Of a DNA stretch of 64,000 nucleotides, positions 53,737 to 64,000 are shown piece after piece (positions within the stretch are counted from its first letter, which is position 1; the number at the start of each line of letters is the position of its first letter). The stretch comes from an uncultured delta proteobacterium (lineage in GTDB: Bacteria; Desulfobacterota; Syntrophia; Syntrophales; UBA2185), in contig CAVSPA010000006.1 in the NCBI GenBank assembly GCA_963729715.1, positions 438,528 to 502,527 of the forward strand, written 5' to 3'. Below the pieces are notes generated by a model. That model saw only the letters and a list, made by a program, of their open reading frames with translations. It did no database searches and was not told where the DNA came from. A program made the translations under genes and the position numbers.

Positions 53737-54028
53737 AGATACTGTACAGAGAAGAGCAGCCCGTGATCCGGAATTTCGACATGCACTGCTTGTTGAAGCT
53801 ATTAATGAGCTGCTTGCTGGAGATTATGATATCGCAAAATCAATTCTCCGTGATTATATTAATGCGACAATAACATTTCCAGTGTTGGCTCAAGAACTTA
53901 ATAAATCGAGCAAGAGCATTCACAGAATGCTTGGTCCAAACGGTAATCCTCGAATGGACAGTATTGCTGGAATCCTGAAAGTATTGCAGAGCAAGGAATG
54001 TATTAAACTCCACACAAATACGATGTAA
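53714..54028 (+). CDS. HTH antitoxin (addiction module antidote)
   Basis: AGGAGG RBS; MALTRKF..RAARDPEF, LRDYINAT, SIHRMLGPNGNP; overlaps the toxin gene. Confidence 0.9.
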   Translation: MALTRKFKDTVQRRAARDPEFRHALLVEAINELLAGDYDIAKSILRDYINATITFPVLAQELNKSSKSIHRMLGPNGNPRMDSIAGILKVLQSKECIKLHTNTM

Positions 54029-54170
54029 ACTTTTGACCAAGAAGAATATCACTAACCGGCTGCCAGCCTTAGCGTACAATTTTTCCTGAATTCTGCGTCC
54101 TCCCCTACGTGCACAGTCGAGGTCATCTCGTTGAATGCGAGATAAACATGCTACTCCTTGACAGATTATT

Positions 54171-54460
54171 TATATGAACAGAAAATGAACTGTCCTGTCT
54201 TTGCATATTTCTACCCGTTAGAAATGAACTATTCCCGTTATTGTAACTGGCGACTTAAATTTGAGAATTTGAACCTTCCCTTGCGTGCAGTTCTCTCATT
54301 GATAAAAGGGAAGGGATATGTTGCTTTTTGACATCACTTAACATCCATGAATCTACGCTTTCTTTATTCTTTCAAGATAAAAAAAGTGGGGAGAGGATGG
54401 GGAATAGATTTTAAACTGACAAGGGGTTAACTATTCATCAGCTAACCCCTTGATTATGGG
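54171..54460 (+). repeat. att-proximal conserved segment, copy A (intact)
   Basis: Homologous to 45542-45707 + 46830-46948; ends in hairpin 54420-54452. Confidence 0.9.
54420..54452 (-). terminator. Hairpin terminator downstream of tRNA-Asn
   Basis: CAAGGGGTTA / TAACCCCTTG 10-bp stem, 8 nt after CCA. Confidence 0.7.
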
Positions 54461-54536
54461 TGGCTCCCCGGCGCGGACTCGAACCACGGACCCGATGGTT
54501 AACAGCCATCTGCTCTACCGACTGAGCTACCGGGGA
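54461..54536 (-). tRNA. tRNA-Asn(GTT)
   Basis: TCCCCGGTAGCTCAGTCGGTAGAGCAGATGGCTGTTAACCATCGGGTCCGTGGTTCGAGTCCGCGCCGGGGAGCCA; cloverleaf with CCA. Confidence 0.98.
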
Positions 54537-54811
54537 ATAGTCGATTTCATTGTTTTCAATATTATAAGATAATCCGAAAGTCAACAATCGTCTTATACGA
54601 TTTGCAGTTTCATGAAAAAGTCTTGATAAATCCCTTTAAAGTGGATATTAAAAGTTAATCTGAGTTGCGCCTTATAATACAAGACAATCTTCTTGTCAAT
54701 AAATGTTAGTGAGAGCCTGATGACTCTTACGCAATATCACGGACGGGAAGGAAATCTTTCAAATTTTTCATTACACTTATCATTCAATATCAAGAGAAGG
54801 GGTACGGAAAA

Positions 54812-54970
54812 ATGGAAAAGTATGTTTGCAGTATCTGCGGATATGTGTACGACCCAGCAGCGGGCGATAAGGAGGGCAACATCCCTCCCGGCGTCCCGTT
54901 TGATAAACTTCCCGACGAATGGGTATGTCCCATATGCGGCGCCGGCAAGGAAGAGTTTAACCCTGATTAA
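54812..54970 (+). CDS. Rubredoxin (52 aa, missing from the ORF track)
   Basis: [35 protein letters not shown]. Confidence 0.96.
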   Translation: MEKYVCSICGYVYDPAAGDKEGNIPPGVPFDKLPDEWVCPICGAGKEEFNPD

Positions 54971-55093
54971 CGAGAAGTCGATATGGAATAGACCTTCGGG
55001 AATTCGTGCTGAATGGATTAGCGTCTCTTACGGGCTTCCTGGTCGCATGTTTATTAGCTGGACGCGATCAATCACGAAGAAAGGTTCTTAGGG

Positions 55094-55585
55094 ATGAGTA
55101 CGACAGATGCGTTATATGAAGCATATACGGGTGAAGCGAAGGCAGCACTCCGGCTGAAAATCTTTGCTGAAAAGGCTAAGGAGGAAGGATATTCTCAAAT
55201 CGCGAAACTCTTTCGTGTCATCGCTTTTTCGGAAGAGATCCACGGGGCGCGGGCGCTCCTCGTCTTGGGGAGGGTGAAGAGTACTGAGGAAAATCTTGCC
55301 ATGAGCTTTGAATCGGAAACAAAAGTTGCCGGGGTCGCCTATGATGAATTTGTCAAACAGGCGGAAGCGGAAGGGAACTCCGCGGCCGTACTTCACTTCA
55401 GTCAGAGCAAGGATGTGGAAGAGGTTCATGCAAAGCTCTATAAAGAAGCTATGAGCCACGTGATGGAGGAGAGGGAAACCACATACTACGTCTGCACGGT
55501 ATGCGGCTACGTATCGGATGGAACACTTCCTGACGAGTGCCCTGTTTGCGGCGCGATGAAGGAGCAATTCACGCATTTTGATTGA
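55094..55585 (+). CDS. Rubrerythrin-family protein (short)
   Basis: YTGEAKA, EEIH, EEVH, CTVCG/CPVCG. Confidence 0.92.
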   Translation: MSTTDALYEAYTGEAKAALRLKIFAEKAKEEGYSQIAKLFRVIAFSEEIHGARALLVLGRVKSTEENLAMSFESETKVAGVAYDEFVKQAEAEGNSAAVLHFSQSKDVEEVHAKLYKEAMSHVMEERETTYYVCTVCGYVSDGTLPDECPVCGAMKEQFTHFD

Positions 55586-55599
55586 GAGATTTTATTGTC

Positions 55600-55998
55600 A
55601 TGGGAATTTTAATACGCTGGATAATACTGACGGTGGCAATCATCACAGCTTCCTACCTGCTCGAAGGCATTCACATCAGCGGTTTTTTTTCCGCATTCTT
55701 CGCGGCGGCCGCGCTGGGAATCCTGAATGCCTTATTCCGACCGATATTGCTGATTCTTACCCTGCCCATTAATGTCCTGACTCTGGGGCTTTTCACTTTT
55801 ATAATAAACGCCCTGATGCTGAAGATGGCATCCGGCATTATTCCCGGGTTTGAGGTTCACGGGTTCTGGACGGCCGTAATCGGGTCCCTCATCATCAGCG
55901 TCATAAGCTCCCTCCTCAATTCTTTCATCAGCGACCGGGGAACGGTAGGGCGGGTGGAGTATATCGACCTCACGAAAAAAGGCAATAAGTGGGAATAA
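55600..55998 (+). CDS. YvlD / 4-TMS holin-family membrane protein
   Basis: [35 protein letters not shown]. Confidence 0.88.
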   Translation: MGILIRWIILTVAIITASYLLEGIHISGFFSAFFAAAALGILNALFRPILLILTLPINVLTLGLFTFIINALMLKMASGIIPGFEVHGFWTAVIGSLIISVISSLLNSFISDRGTVGRVEYIDLTKKGNKWE

Positions 55999-56006
55999 CC
56001 GGCGCC

Positions 56007-58616
56007 ATGAATTTAACCCCCGCCATGAGGCAGTACCTGGAAATCAAGGAGCAGCATAAGGACTGTATCCTTTTTTTCAGGATGGGGGATTTCTACGAGA
56101 TGTTTTTTGAGGATGCAATTACCGCTTCCAAAATTCTGGAGATTACTCTCACGTCTCGGAACAGGGGAAAGGAAGACAGTATTCCTCTCTGCGGCATACC
56201 CTACCATGCAGCGTCAACGTATATCGCAAAGCTTATCGAGAAGGGTTTCAAAGTAGCAATCTGTGAGCAGACCGAAGATCCAAGAGAAGCAAAAGGCGTT
56301 GTGAAAAGAGACGTGGTACGCATCATCACACCTGCTCTCTTTGTAAACGAAGATAACACGAACATCAAGGAAAATGCATTCCTGATGGCTCTTGCGCTCC
56401 GGGACGACAAGTTCGGCCTTGCTTTCCTCGACATATCTACAGGGGAATTTCTGGTCACGGAGTCTCAGAACAGGGATATTTTCATAGCGGAAATAAGCGG
56501 TCTCGATTTTCGCGAAGTCATCATCGAGGAGGACTTTCGTGAAAAAGCTGTTGTAAAGATGCTGTCGCAGAAGAATCCCGAGCCCAGAATAAATTTTTTC
56601 ACGGCGGAATATTTTGATTATGATGCCGCTTGCGACCGCTTAAGAGAATACTTTTCTGAAGAGCTCCTGACTAAGGAAGGCATATTAAGACATCCGGCTA
56701 CGATAGCCGCAGCTGGCGCCATCCTCCGCTACGTGGAAGAAACGCAGAAGGACCACCCGGGACACATTAACGCCATTCATTGGTACGAGACCGACAGCTA
56801 CCTTGTCATGGATGAAATAGCCAAGCGAAATCTTGAATTATTTGCAACCATAACCGAAAACAGAAAGGAAGGGTCGCTCTTTCATATCCTCGACGAGACA
56901 ATCACATCCATGGGCACAAGGAGGCTCCGGTGGTGGCTGAACTATCCTCTCGTGGATGCGGAAAAGATCAGAGAAAGACTGGCGGCGGTATCTGAAATTA
57001 AGGAGCACCATATACTGAGAGGGGATTTGAGGGATGCCCTCTCCAAAGTCTATGACTTGGAAAGGCTGGCAAGCAGGGTTTCTATGGGTGTCGCCAATGG
57101 CCGCGACCTGATTGCCCTGAAAACATCCCTGAATGCGCTCCCGCAAATAAGGGCATTCATTTGGGGCCTTGATTCCGCACTGCTCACGTCCGTCTATGCC
57201 GGAATTGATGAGATGCCGGATATCTGTGCCGCCATTGAGCGAGCCATTGTCGAAGACCCTCCGATGACAATCAGGGAAGGTGGAGTCATCAAGGAGGGTT
57301 ATGATCAGGACCTCGACGAGCTGATTTCCGCGAGCAGAGACGGAAAAAAGTGGATCGCCGCCCTTGAACAGAGGGAGAGAAAGCGAACGGGGATCAATTC
57401 TCTGAAAGTGGGATTTAACAGTGTCTTCGGATATTATATTGAAGTCACCAAGGCGAATACGGATCTCGTACCCCAGGATTACATCCGGAAACAGACCCTC
57501 ATAAATGCGGAGCGGTATATCAATGAGGAGCTGAAAGGATACGAGCATACCGTTCTTACCGCGGAGGACCGCCGGAAGGAGCGGGAATATGATCTCTTCG
57601 TCCGGATCAGGGGAGAGATATCAAAGGAGATAAAACGGATTCAGACCACGGCTTCGCATATTGCCGACCTCGACGGCCTTGCATCTCTCGCTGAGACGGC
57701 GGAGCGCTACAACTACTGCTGTCCCGTTATCGATTGTGAAGACAGGATTGAAATAAAGGACGGCAGGCATCCTGTCGTGGAAAGGATGCCGCTGCCGGAC
57801 GGGTTTGTGCCCAATGATGTCCGTCTCGATCTCGATGAAAACCGCCTGCTCATTATCACCGGTCCGAATATGGCGGGAAAATCGACATACATCAGGCAGA
57901 TCGCCCTCATCGTGATCCTCGCCCAGACGGGAAGTTTTGTGCCCGCGCAGGAGGCGCGTATCGGTGTTGTCGACCGCGTGTTTACGCGTATCGGGGCGGC
58001 GGACAGCTTGGCGAAAGGACAGAGCACCTTCATGATCGAGATGAATGAAGTGGCGAATATCCTGAAGAATGCCACAAGGAGAAGCCTGATCATCCTCGAT
58101 GAGGTTGGCAGGGGCACCAGTACATTTGACGGGCTCAGCATTGCCTGGGCAACGGCGGAATACATTCACGATGCGAAACTCATTGGGGCGCGCACGCTCT
58201 TTGCGACCCATTATCACCAGTTGACTGACCTCGCCTTGACGAAGCAAGGAGTAAAGAATTTCAATATTGCCGTCAAGGAGTGGGGAGACAGGATCATCTT
58301 TCTCAGAAGGATCGTGGAAGGCGGAACAAATCGGAGCTACGGCATTCAGGTGGCGAGAATAGCGGGAGTTCCCGAGGAAGTCATTGTCAGGGCCAGAGAG
58401 ATTTTGAATAACCTGGAAAAGGGTGAATTCGATGAGGTAGGCATGCCCAAGATCGCCCGGGGCAGGAGATCGCCTCCGAAGGATAAGGCGCAGTTAAGCC
58501 TCTTTATGGACAGTGAGGAAATAATTGCAAATGAGCTGAAGTCGCTGGATATCCCGAATATGACCCCCCTTGAGGCCCTGCAGAAGCTCAGTTCCTGGAA
58601 GGACAAACTCTTATAA
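56007..58616 (+). CDS. mutS: DNA mismatch repair protein MutS
   Basis: [39 protein letters not shown]. Confidence 0.97.
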   Translation: MNLTPAMRQYLEIKEQHKDCILFFRMGDFYEMFFEDAITASKILEITLTSRNRGKEDSIPLCGIPYHAASTYIAKLIEKGFKVAICEQTEDPREAKGVVKRDVVRIITPALFVNEDNTNIKENAFLMALALRDDKFGLAFLDISTGEFLVTESQNRDIFIAEISGLDFREVIIEEDFREKAVVKMLSQKNPEPRINFFTAEYFDYDAACDRLREYFSEELLTKEGILRHPATIAAAGAILRYVEETQKDHPGHINAIHWYETDSYLVMDEIAKRNLELFATITENRKEGSLFHILDETITSMGTRRLRWWLNYPLVDAEKIRERLAAVSEIKEHHILRGDLRDALSKVYDLERLASRVSMGVANGRDLIALKTSLNALPQIRAFIWGLDSALLTSVYAGIDEMPDICAAIERAIVEDPPMTIREGGVIKEGYDQDLDELISASRDGKKWIAALEQRERKRTGINSLKVGFNSVFGYYIEVTKANTDLVPQDYIRKQTLINAERYINEELKGYEHTVLTAEDRRKEREYDLFVRIRGEISKEIKRIQTTASHIADLDGLASLAETAERYNYCCPVIDCEDRIEIKDGRHPVVERMPLPDGFVPNDVRLDLDENRLLIITGPNMAGKSTYIRQIALIVILAQTGSFVPAQEARIGVVDRVFTRIGAADSLAKGQSTFMIEMNEVANILKNATRRSLIILDEVGRGTSTFDGLSIAWATAEYIHDAKLIGARTLFATHYHQLTDLALTKQGVKNFNIAVKEWGDRIIFLRRIVEGGTNRSYGIQVARIAGVPEEVIVRAREILNNLEKGEFDEVGMPKIARGRRSPPKDKAQLSLFMDSEEIIANELKSLDIPNMTPLEALQKLSSWKDKLL

Positions 58617-58656
58617 GAGATCAGTCACCTGTGCAAATTTTTCGATTATCTTCTTA

Positions 58657-60987
58657 TTATTTAATACAGACTCTGCGAACCTGCTTTGCGTCCGTCACGC
58701 CCCGGAGGGCTTTCTGCAGTCCATCTTGGAGCAGGGTGGTCATCCCTTCCGCGATTGCCGCGTCACGAATCTCCTCGACAGATGCATGTTTCTGAATCAA
58801 TCTCTTGATCGTATCCGTATTAATGAGGAGTTCATGGATACCCATTCTTCCCTTGTACCCGGTCTTGACGCAAGCCTCACAACCCTTTGGGCGATAGAGG
58901 ATCAGGTCATCTGAGTAGGGCAGGTTCAGTTTCTCAAAAAGATCATGACCGTAACCTTCCACCAGTTCGTTATATTCATCGATTGATGGATTATATGCCT
59001 CTTTGCAGACTGTGCAGAGGGTTCTCACCAGACGCTGTGCAAGGATTCCCAGGAGGGAGTCCGCAAAGTTCAGGGGGTCTATCCCCATATCGAGAAGCCT
59101 GACTACCGTCTCAGGGGCGCTGTTCGTGTGCAGGGTGCTGAAGACCAAGTGCCCTGTCAGTGATGCTTCGATGCCGGTTCTCGCCGTTTCAAAATCTCTC
59201 ATTTCGCCGACCATGATAACATCCGGATCAGCGCGAAGGAAGGCGCGCGTAACGGCGGCAAAATCCAATCCGATCTTGGGGTGCACCTGAACCTGACGCA
59301 GCCCGTACTGGGTAATTTCGACGGGATCTTCTGCCGTCCAGATCTTCTTGTCCGGTGTATTTATATGGTGCAACGCCGCATGCAGGGTGGTGGTTTTTCC
59401 GGAACCAGTGGGGCCAACGCACAGGATCAGGCCGTACGGTTTTTCGCTGATGCTGATGAGCCCTTTGTAGTTTCTGTCCAATAACCCCATTTCTTCGAGC
59501 GGCATGGTCGTACCCTTGGCGAGTATTCGCATGACCACGTCCTCCACGCCGCCCTGGGTAGGAAGTGTAGCCACGCGGAGCTCGATTTCTTCGCCGCCCG
59601 CGCGCCTGAACTTTATCTTGCCGTCCTGCGGGAGTCTCTTAACCGTTATGTCGAGATTGGACATGATCTTTATTCTCGAAACGATAGCGGCGCGGTAGTT
59701 GTAAGGAAGGGTCTGATAGAGCATACATTCCCCGTCAACCCTGTAACGGATTTCCACATTTTTCTTCGCAACATTCGGTTCGACGTGAATGTCGGATGAG
59801 CGCCTTGCATATGCGTCGTTGATAATCTTGTTCACGATTTGCATGATGACGCTGTCAGATTCTGTAATGACTTCGCCTTCATCATCTTCAGCTTCGTCGT
59901 CGGAAACGAGCTTTCCGAGAATGTCAGATATCGACTGGTCGTCTTCATTCGTTGAGTAGAACAGATTGATGTACTTAATGATGTCGTCCGGGAGCGCGAC
60001 ATCATATTTGACTGCCTTCGTTTTTAGGATGCTTTCGATCGTATCGCGCTTGAGGATATTGTATGGGTCATCCATGATGACATGGATGCTTCCATCCACT
60101 CTTTGCAGTGGAACCCACATCTCACGGCGGAGAAATTCTCTCTTCAAATTCTTCAACAAGTCTCCCGGGATGGGGAATTTCTCGTTGAACGAAATGACCT
60201 TGCAGTGGAAGTATTCTTCATAAGATCTGGCGATATCACTCCTCGAGATCTTATACTTACTCATCAGGAAGGTTTCCATCGATTCCTTTTCTTCCCTCGC
60301 TCTATCCCAGGCGCTGTCCAGTTCGTATTCCTTGAGAAATCCGCGGGTGACGAGGTAATCGAATCTTGTCTTCCTCCTTCTTCCGTATATCTCCTGATTG
60401 TTGATGGCGATTCCCAAAACATCGGCAATCTCCAGCAAGAACCCCTGTTCATCTTCGGTAAATTTACCCTCATTTTTTCTGTTCAATATCTGGACAACAC
60501 CCTTGAGAGTCTTTTCATAAAAGATAGGGGCTGCCAGAACCTGCTTGGTTCTAAAGCCTGATTTTTTATCCCACCTATAATCAAAGGCCAGGTCTTTATC
60601 AATGTTCTTGAGCTCCTCAATATCATAGACGTCGGCTATGTTAATCGGCTTACCCGTGTTTGCCACATAACCGGCGATGCTTTTGTTATTGACCGGCACC
60701 CTGATTTCTTTAAGCTGAGAGCCTACGAGAAACATGGAATATATTTCATTCTTCAGTTTGTCCACCATGTAGATGGTGATTGAATGGGCATCGAAGAGGT
60801 TTAGAATGCCGTCCTTCAGGTCGACGAGGATTTGCCTTGTGTTGTGTGCAGAGTGAATGCGGTTTGTGATATCCTGCAATGCCTTACGGAGGCGCAGTTG
60901 CTCCTCGAGATCGGCCTGCTGATTAAACGTCAGATTGCCGTCCATCATTTTCTTTTCTGCTTGCAGAACGTCCGTTTTCATTGCCAT
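58657..60987 (-). CDS. GspE/PilB-family ATPase with N-terminal GAF domain
   Basis: GAF (SIAGYVA, DKKSGFRT, QILN), SDIHVEP, RLPQDG, GPTGSGKTTT, DPDVIMVGEMRD, STLHTN. Confidence 0.92.
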   Translation of the reverse strand: MAMKTDVLQAEKKMMDGNLTFNQQADLEEQLRLRKALQDITNRIHSAHNTRQILVDLKDGILNLFDAHSITIYMVDKLKNEIYSMFLVGSQLKEIRVPVNNKSIAGYVANTGKPINIADVYDIEELKNIDKDLAFDYRWDKKSGFRTKQVLAAPIFYEKTLKGVVQILNRKNEGKFTEDEQGFLLEIADVLGIAINNQEIYGRRRKTRFDYLVTRGFLKEYELDSAWDRAREEKESMETFLMSKYKISRSDIARSYEEYFHCKVISFNEKFPIPGDLLKNLKREFLRREMWVPLQRVDGSIHVIMDDPYNILKRDTIESILKTKAVKYDVALPDDIIKYINLFYSTNEDDQSISDILGKLVSDDEAEDDEGEVITESDSVIMQIVNKIINDAYARRSSDIHVEPNVAKKNVEIRYRVDGECMLYQTLPYNYRAAIVSRIKIMSNLDITVKRLPQDGKIKFRRAGGEEIELRVATLPTQGGVEDVVMRILAKGTTMPLEEMGLLDRNYKGLISISEKPYGLILCVGPTGSGKTTTLHAALHHINTPDKKIWTAEDPVEITQYGLRQVQVHPKIGLDFAAVTRAFLRADPDVIMVGEMRDFETARTGIEASLTGHLVFSTLHTNSAPETVVRLLDMGIDPLNFADSLLGILAQRLVRTLCTVCKEAYNPSIDEYNELVEGYGHDLFEKLNLPYSDDLILYRPKGCEACVKTGYKGRMGIHELLINTDTIKRLIQKHASVEEIRDAAIAEGMTTLLQDGLQKALRGVTDAKQVRRVCIK

Positions 60988-61167
60988 ATATTAATCATTA
61001 CGCTATATTTATATATTCTTTAAAGGAATCAATTTCCTCCGCATATTAAATCAGAATAAAAAAAAATTCAATATAAACTTATTTCTTGAGGATTGCCTTA
61101 GAACATGGATGAAAGTGACAAATATCACAAAGGAAATAGAAACACATGGACTAATCAGCAAAGATAA

Positions 61168-63237
61168 TCAGGATCCTGTGACAATTTTCGAAAAGTCGGC
61201 GATCATATGGAATACTCCTGAGATCTCTTTGAGAAGGGAAAGACGGTTGAACCGCACTGCATCGTCTTTCGCCATAACGAGGACATTATTAAAAAAATCA
61301 TCGACAGGTTTTCTCAAAGTGGCCAGTTCGATCAGGGCGGATAGATAGTCATCCCTCTCGATATGCTTAATAGCTTTCTCCTTTGTACGTAAGAAAGCGG
61401 CGCACAGAGTTCTTTCTTCTTCAGATTCGAATTTTGAGGGATCAACTGAGCCATTCTTAAAGTCTTTAATGATATTGCCTACACGTTTAAAAGCGATCGC
61501 GAGCGGCTCGAAATCCGCGTGGGACTTGAAAGTTTCCATTGCCTTGATTTTCTCAAATGACCGGATAATATCCGCGGCGCCCGTTTCAAGTACGGCGTCA
61601 ACTACATCATAGGGATGTCCCTGAGAGGTGAGCAGATTTTCAAATCTGCCCTTGAAGAACTCAAGCACATTGGCCGTTATCTCGTCGGGAGCTCTCTTGA
61701 GCTTACCACCTATGATCGTGATGCTCTTTTCGATCATGATTTTCAGATTCAGGGGATAGCGCTTGTTTATGATTATGTTGATGATCCCGATCGCCTGCCG
61801 CCGTAACGCATACGGGTCCGCCGTGCCTGTGGGGATCAGATTAACACCGAAGAATCCGACGATAGTGTCGAGCTTGTCCGCGATACTGACTATGGCGCCT
61901 TCATGCGTTTCCGGGAGGTCGCCTCCTGCGGCTATGGGGAGGTAGTGTTCATAGATCGCTTTTGCGACGACAGGATTTTCACCGGCTATCAATGCATATT
62001 CCCTTCCCATGATGCCCTGAAGTTCGGTGAACTCGCAGACCATCTGCGTTTCCAGATCGGCCTTGGCGAGGATGGCAGTTCGATCAACTGTATCTTTAAG
62101 GGAAGGATCGATCTGCCCTGTTATATACAGGGCAAGCTCTCTCATGTGCATGACCTTTTCGTATGAAGTTCCCAGCTGCGTGTGAAATACAACCTGCCTT
62201 AACTTCTCAAAGTGCTGATCGAGGGAGGTTTTTCGATCTTCTTCGAAGAAGAATTTTGCATCTGCCAACCTTGCCCGAATTACTTTTTCATTACCTCTCG
62301 CCACGACCTGTGGATCTCGGGCAGAAGTGTTATTTATAGTTATAAAATATGGCAGCAATTTTCTTTCATCATCGACTACAGGAAAATATTTTTGATGTGA
62401 AATCATGGAAGTCGTAAGAACCTCTTTGGGCAGCTTCAGATAGTCCTTATCAAAGCTTCCGCAGACGGCAGTCGGATATTCAACAAGATAGGTAACTGTT
62501 TCAAGAAGATCTTCCGTGTAAAAGATCTTGCCGCCTACAGTGTCCGCGGCTTTTTCAGCTTCCACAAGTATAATACTCTTCCGTTCTTCAGGATCAACAA
62601 TGACAAAGTGATTCTTGCAATTTGTCACATATTCTTTTATTTTTTTTACCTTAAATGATTTCGTGCTCATGAAGCGATGGCCGTAACTTCTATCTCCGCT
62701 CTCTATATTTCCGATCACAAACGGTATCGTTTCACCGCCGTATATGGCCAGTATCCAATGAATCGGCCTTACGAAGCGAATTTGCAGGTCAGACCAGCGC
62801 ATGGATTTTCTGAAGGGGATGGATATTATGAATTTTGTCATGATCTCCGGTAACAGTGCCATCGTATCTTCACCGGTAATCTTCTTTCGCGCACAGATAT
62901 ACTCGCCCTTCTCGGTCGCAACTACATCGAGTTCCGAAATGTCTATTCCCTGACCTGTTGCAAAGCCCGTGGCTGCCTTTCTTCAATTCCATGCTCATCA
63001 AAAGCGACTCTCTTGGCGGAACCATTTTTTCAATAATCTGATCTTCCTGCCTGCCTGCTCGTTTATAACAAAAAGACAAAGCCTCCGGGGCGTTGCCATT
63101 GCCTTGATTTCATCGTGCTGGATGCGCTTGCTGGAGAGTTCCCTCCGTATAATTTCTTCCATATCTCTAATAGCTTTCGGCAGAAAGGCCGCGGGTATTT
63201 CCTCTGTTCCTATCTCAAGTAGAAGTTCCTTGCCCAT
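61168..63237 (-). CDS. glyS: Glycyl-tRNA synthetase beta subunit (apparent frameshifts at 62900-63070)
   Basis: LLEIGTEEIP, ATPRRL, KSMRW..FVRP, EFTELQG, DPYALRR. Confidence 0.9.
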
Positions 63238-63336
63238 TCATCATCTCCAATTTCAGATTCTAAATATGACCATCAAAAATGCAAAAGCATTCAGAAAGTC
63301 AAGTATTGATATTTTATTTACCCGTTGCTATTTTCT

Positions 63337-64000
63337 TTACTTCTCTTTAGGAGGGGAAACCCCATCTTTTCTCTTTGCTTGAGATAACCTTCGGCGCTTA
63401 TCCTGGCCAGATTTCTCACCCTGCCTATGTAGCTCGTACGTTCCGCCACACTTATGGCGCCACGTGCGTTCAGCAGGTTGAAATGTGGAGCACTTGAGGC
63501 AGTAATCGTAAGTGGGAAGGATCAACTCTTTTTCAGACATCCTGATCGATTCAGCCTCGCACATATCGAAAAATTTCCTCAGCATCCCGACATCTGCATA
63601 TTCGAAATTATAGAATGACCATTCCACCTCGCCTTTATGGTGTACGTCGCCATATGTGTACCCGGTCATTCCACTTAAGGTCGTATACATTGTCTATCTC
63701 CTGTATATACATGGCAATGCGCTCGATGCCGTAAGTCAGTTCGCCGCATATGGGATTGAGGTCGATGCCTCCGCACTGCTGGAAGTAGGTCAACTGCGTT
63801 ATCTCCATACCGTCTAGCCAGACTTCCCATACAGTCCCCAGGCGCCGAGCTGGGCAATTCCCATTCGTCTTCAACAAACCTGATGTCGTGATCGAGGGGG
63901 TCTATGCCGAAATTCTTCAGTGAGTCGAGGTAAAGACTCTGGATGTCCATAGGGGAGGGCTTCAATATCACCTGATACTGGTAATAGTGTTGCAACCTGT
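63337..64000 (-). CDS. glyQ: Glycyl-tRNA synthetase alpha subunit, partial, with several apparent frameshifts
   Basis: [44 protein letters not shown] spread across frames. Confidence 0.88.

Noticed and set aside
54693..55091. 132-aa ORF
   Set aside because: Overlaps the real rubredoxin in another frame
55600..55998. Holin-family gene as a sign of prophage
   Set aside because: YvlD-type proteins are commonly chromosomal and no phage genes are nearby
62870..64000. Multiple frameshifts in glyS and glyQ as pseudogenisation or recoding
   Set aside because: Essential genes with clustered indels at the window edge; most likely low-quality consensus. This also warrants caution about single-base disruptions elsewhere.

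Overview
64-kb chromosomal window of an anaerobic deltaproteobacterium (gene content resembles Syntrophales; this is an inference). Positions 1-41 kb and 54.8-64 kb are mostly metabolic and housekeeping genes: lnt, queF, a sigma54 activator, two back-to-back acyl-CoA dehydrogenase/ETF modules (one ferredoxin-fused, one FixABCX-type), a CoA-transferase + AbfD-fold enzyme + MFS operon under a sigma54 promoter, paaK, pduO, mtnP, trxA, bamD, a family III CoA-transferase pair, rlmN, icd, aconitase, mtgA, rubredoxin/rubrerythrins, mutS, a GAF-PilB ATPase and frameshifted glyS/glyQ. Between about 41.8 kb and a tRNA-Asn(GTT) at 54461-54536 lies a 12.6-kb accessory island with no integrase. It is a tandem stack of three modules, each starting at a degenerate copy of the tRNA 3' end (41807, 46949, 50595) that is preceded by a terminator-like hairpin. 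Two of these scars are followed by homologous, start-less peptide-coding tails showing many synonymous changes, as expected of a gene split by recombination at the tRNA. The island also holds a duplicated ~290-bp att-proximal segment, a 173-bp direct repeat, IS630, an IS110 with a readable bridge RNA (with IS256 nested inside it), a MITE, a group II intron end remnant and a leaderless toxin-antitoxin pair. The most unusual enzyme is the AbfD homologue, whose catalytic residues appear replaced and which carries extra cysteines.
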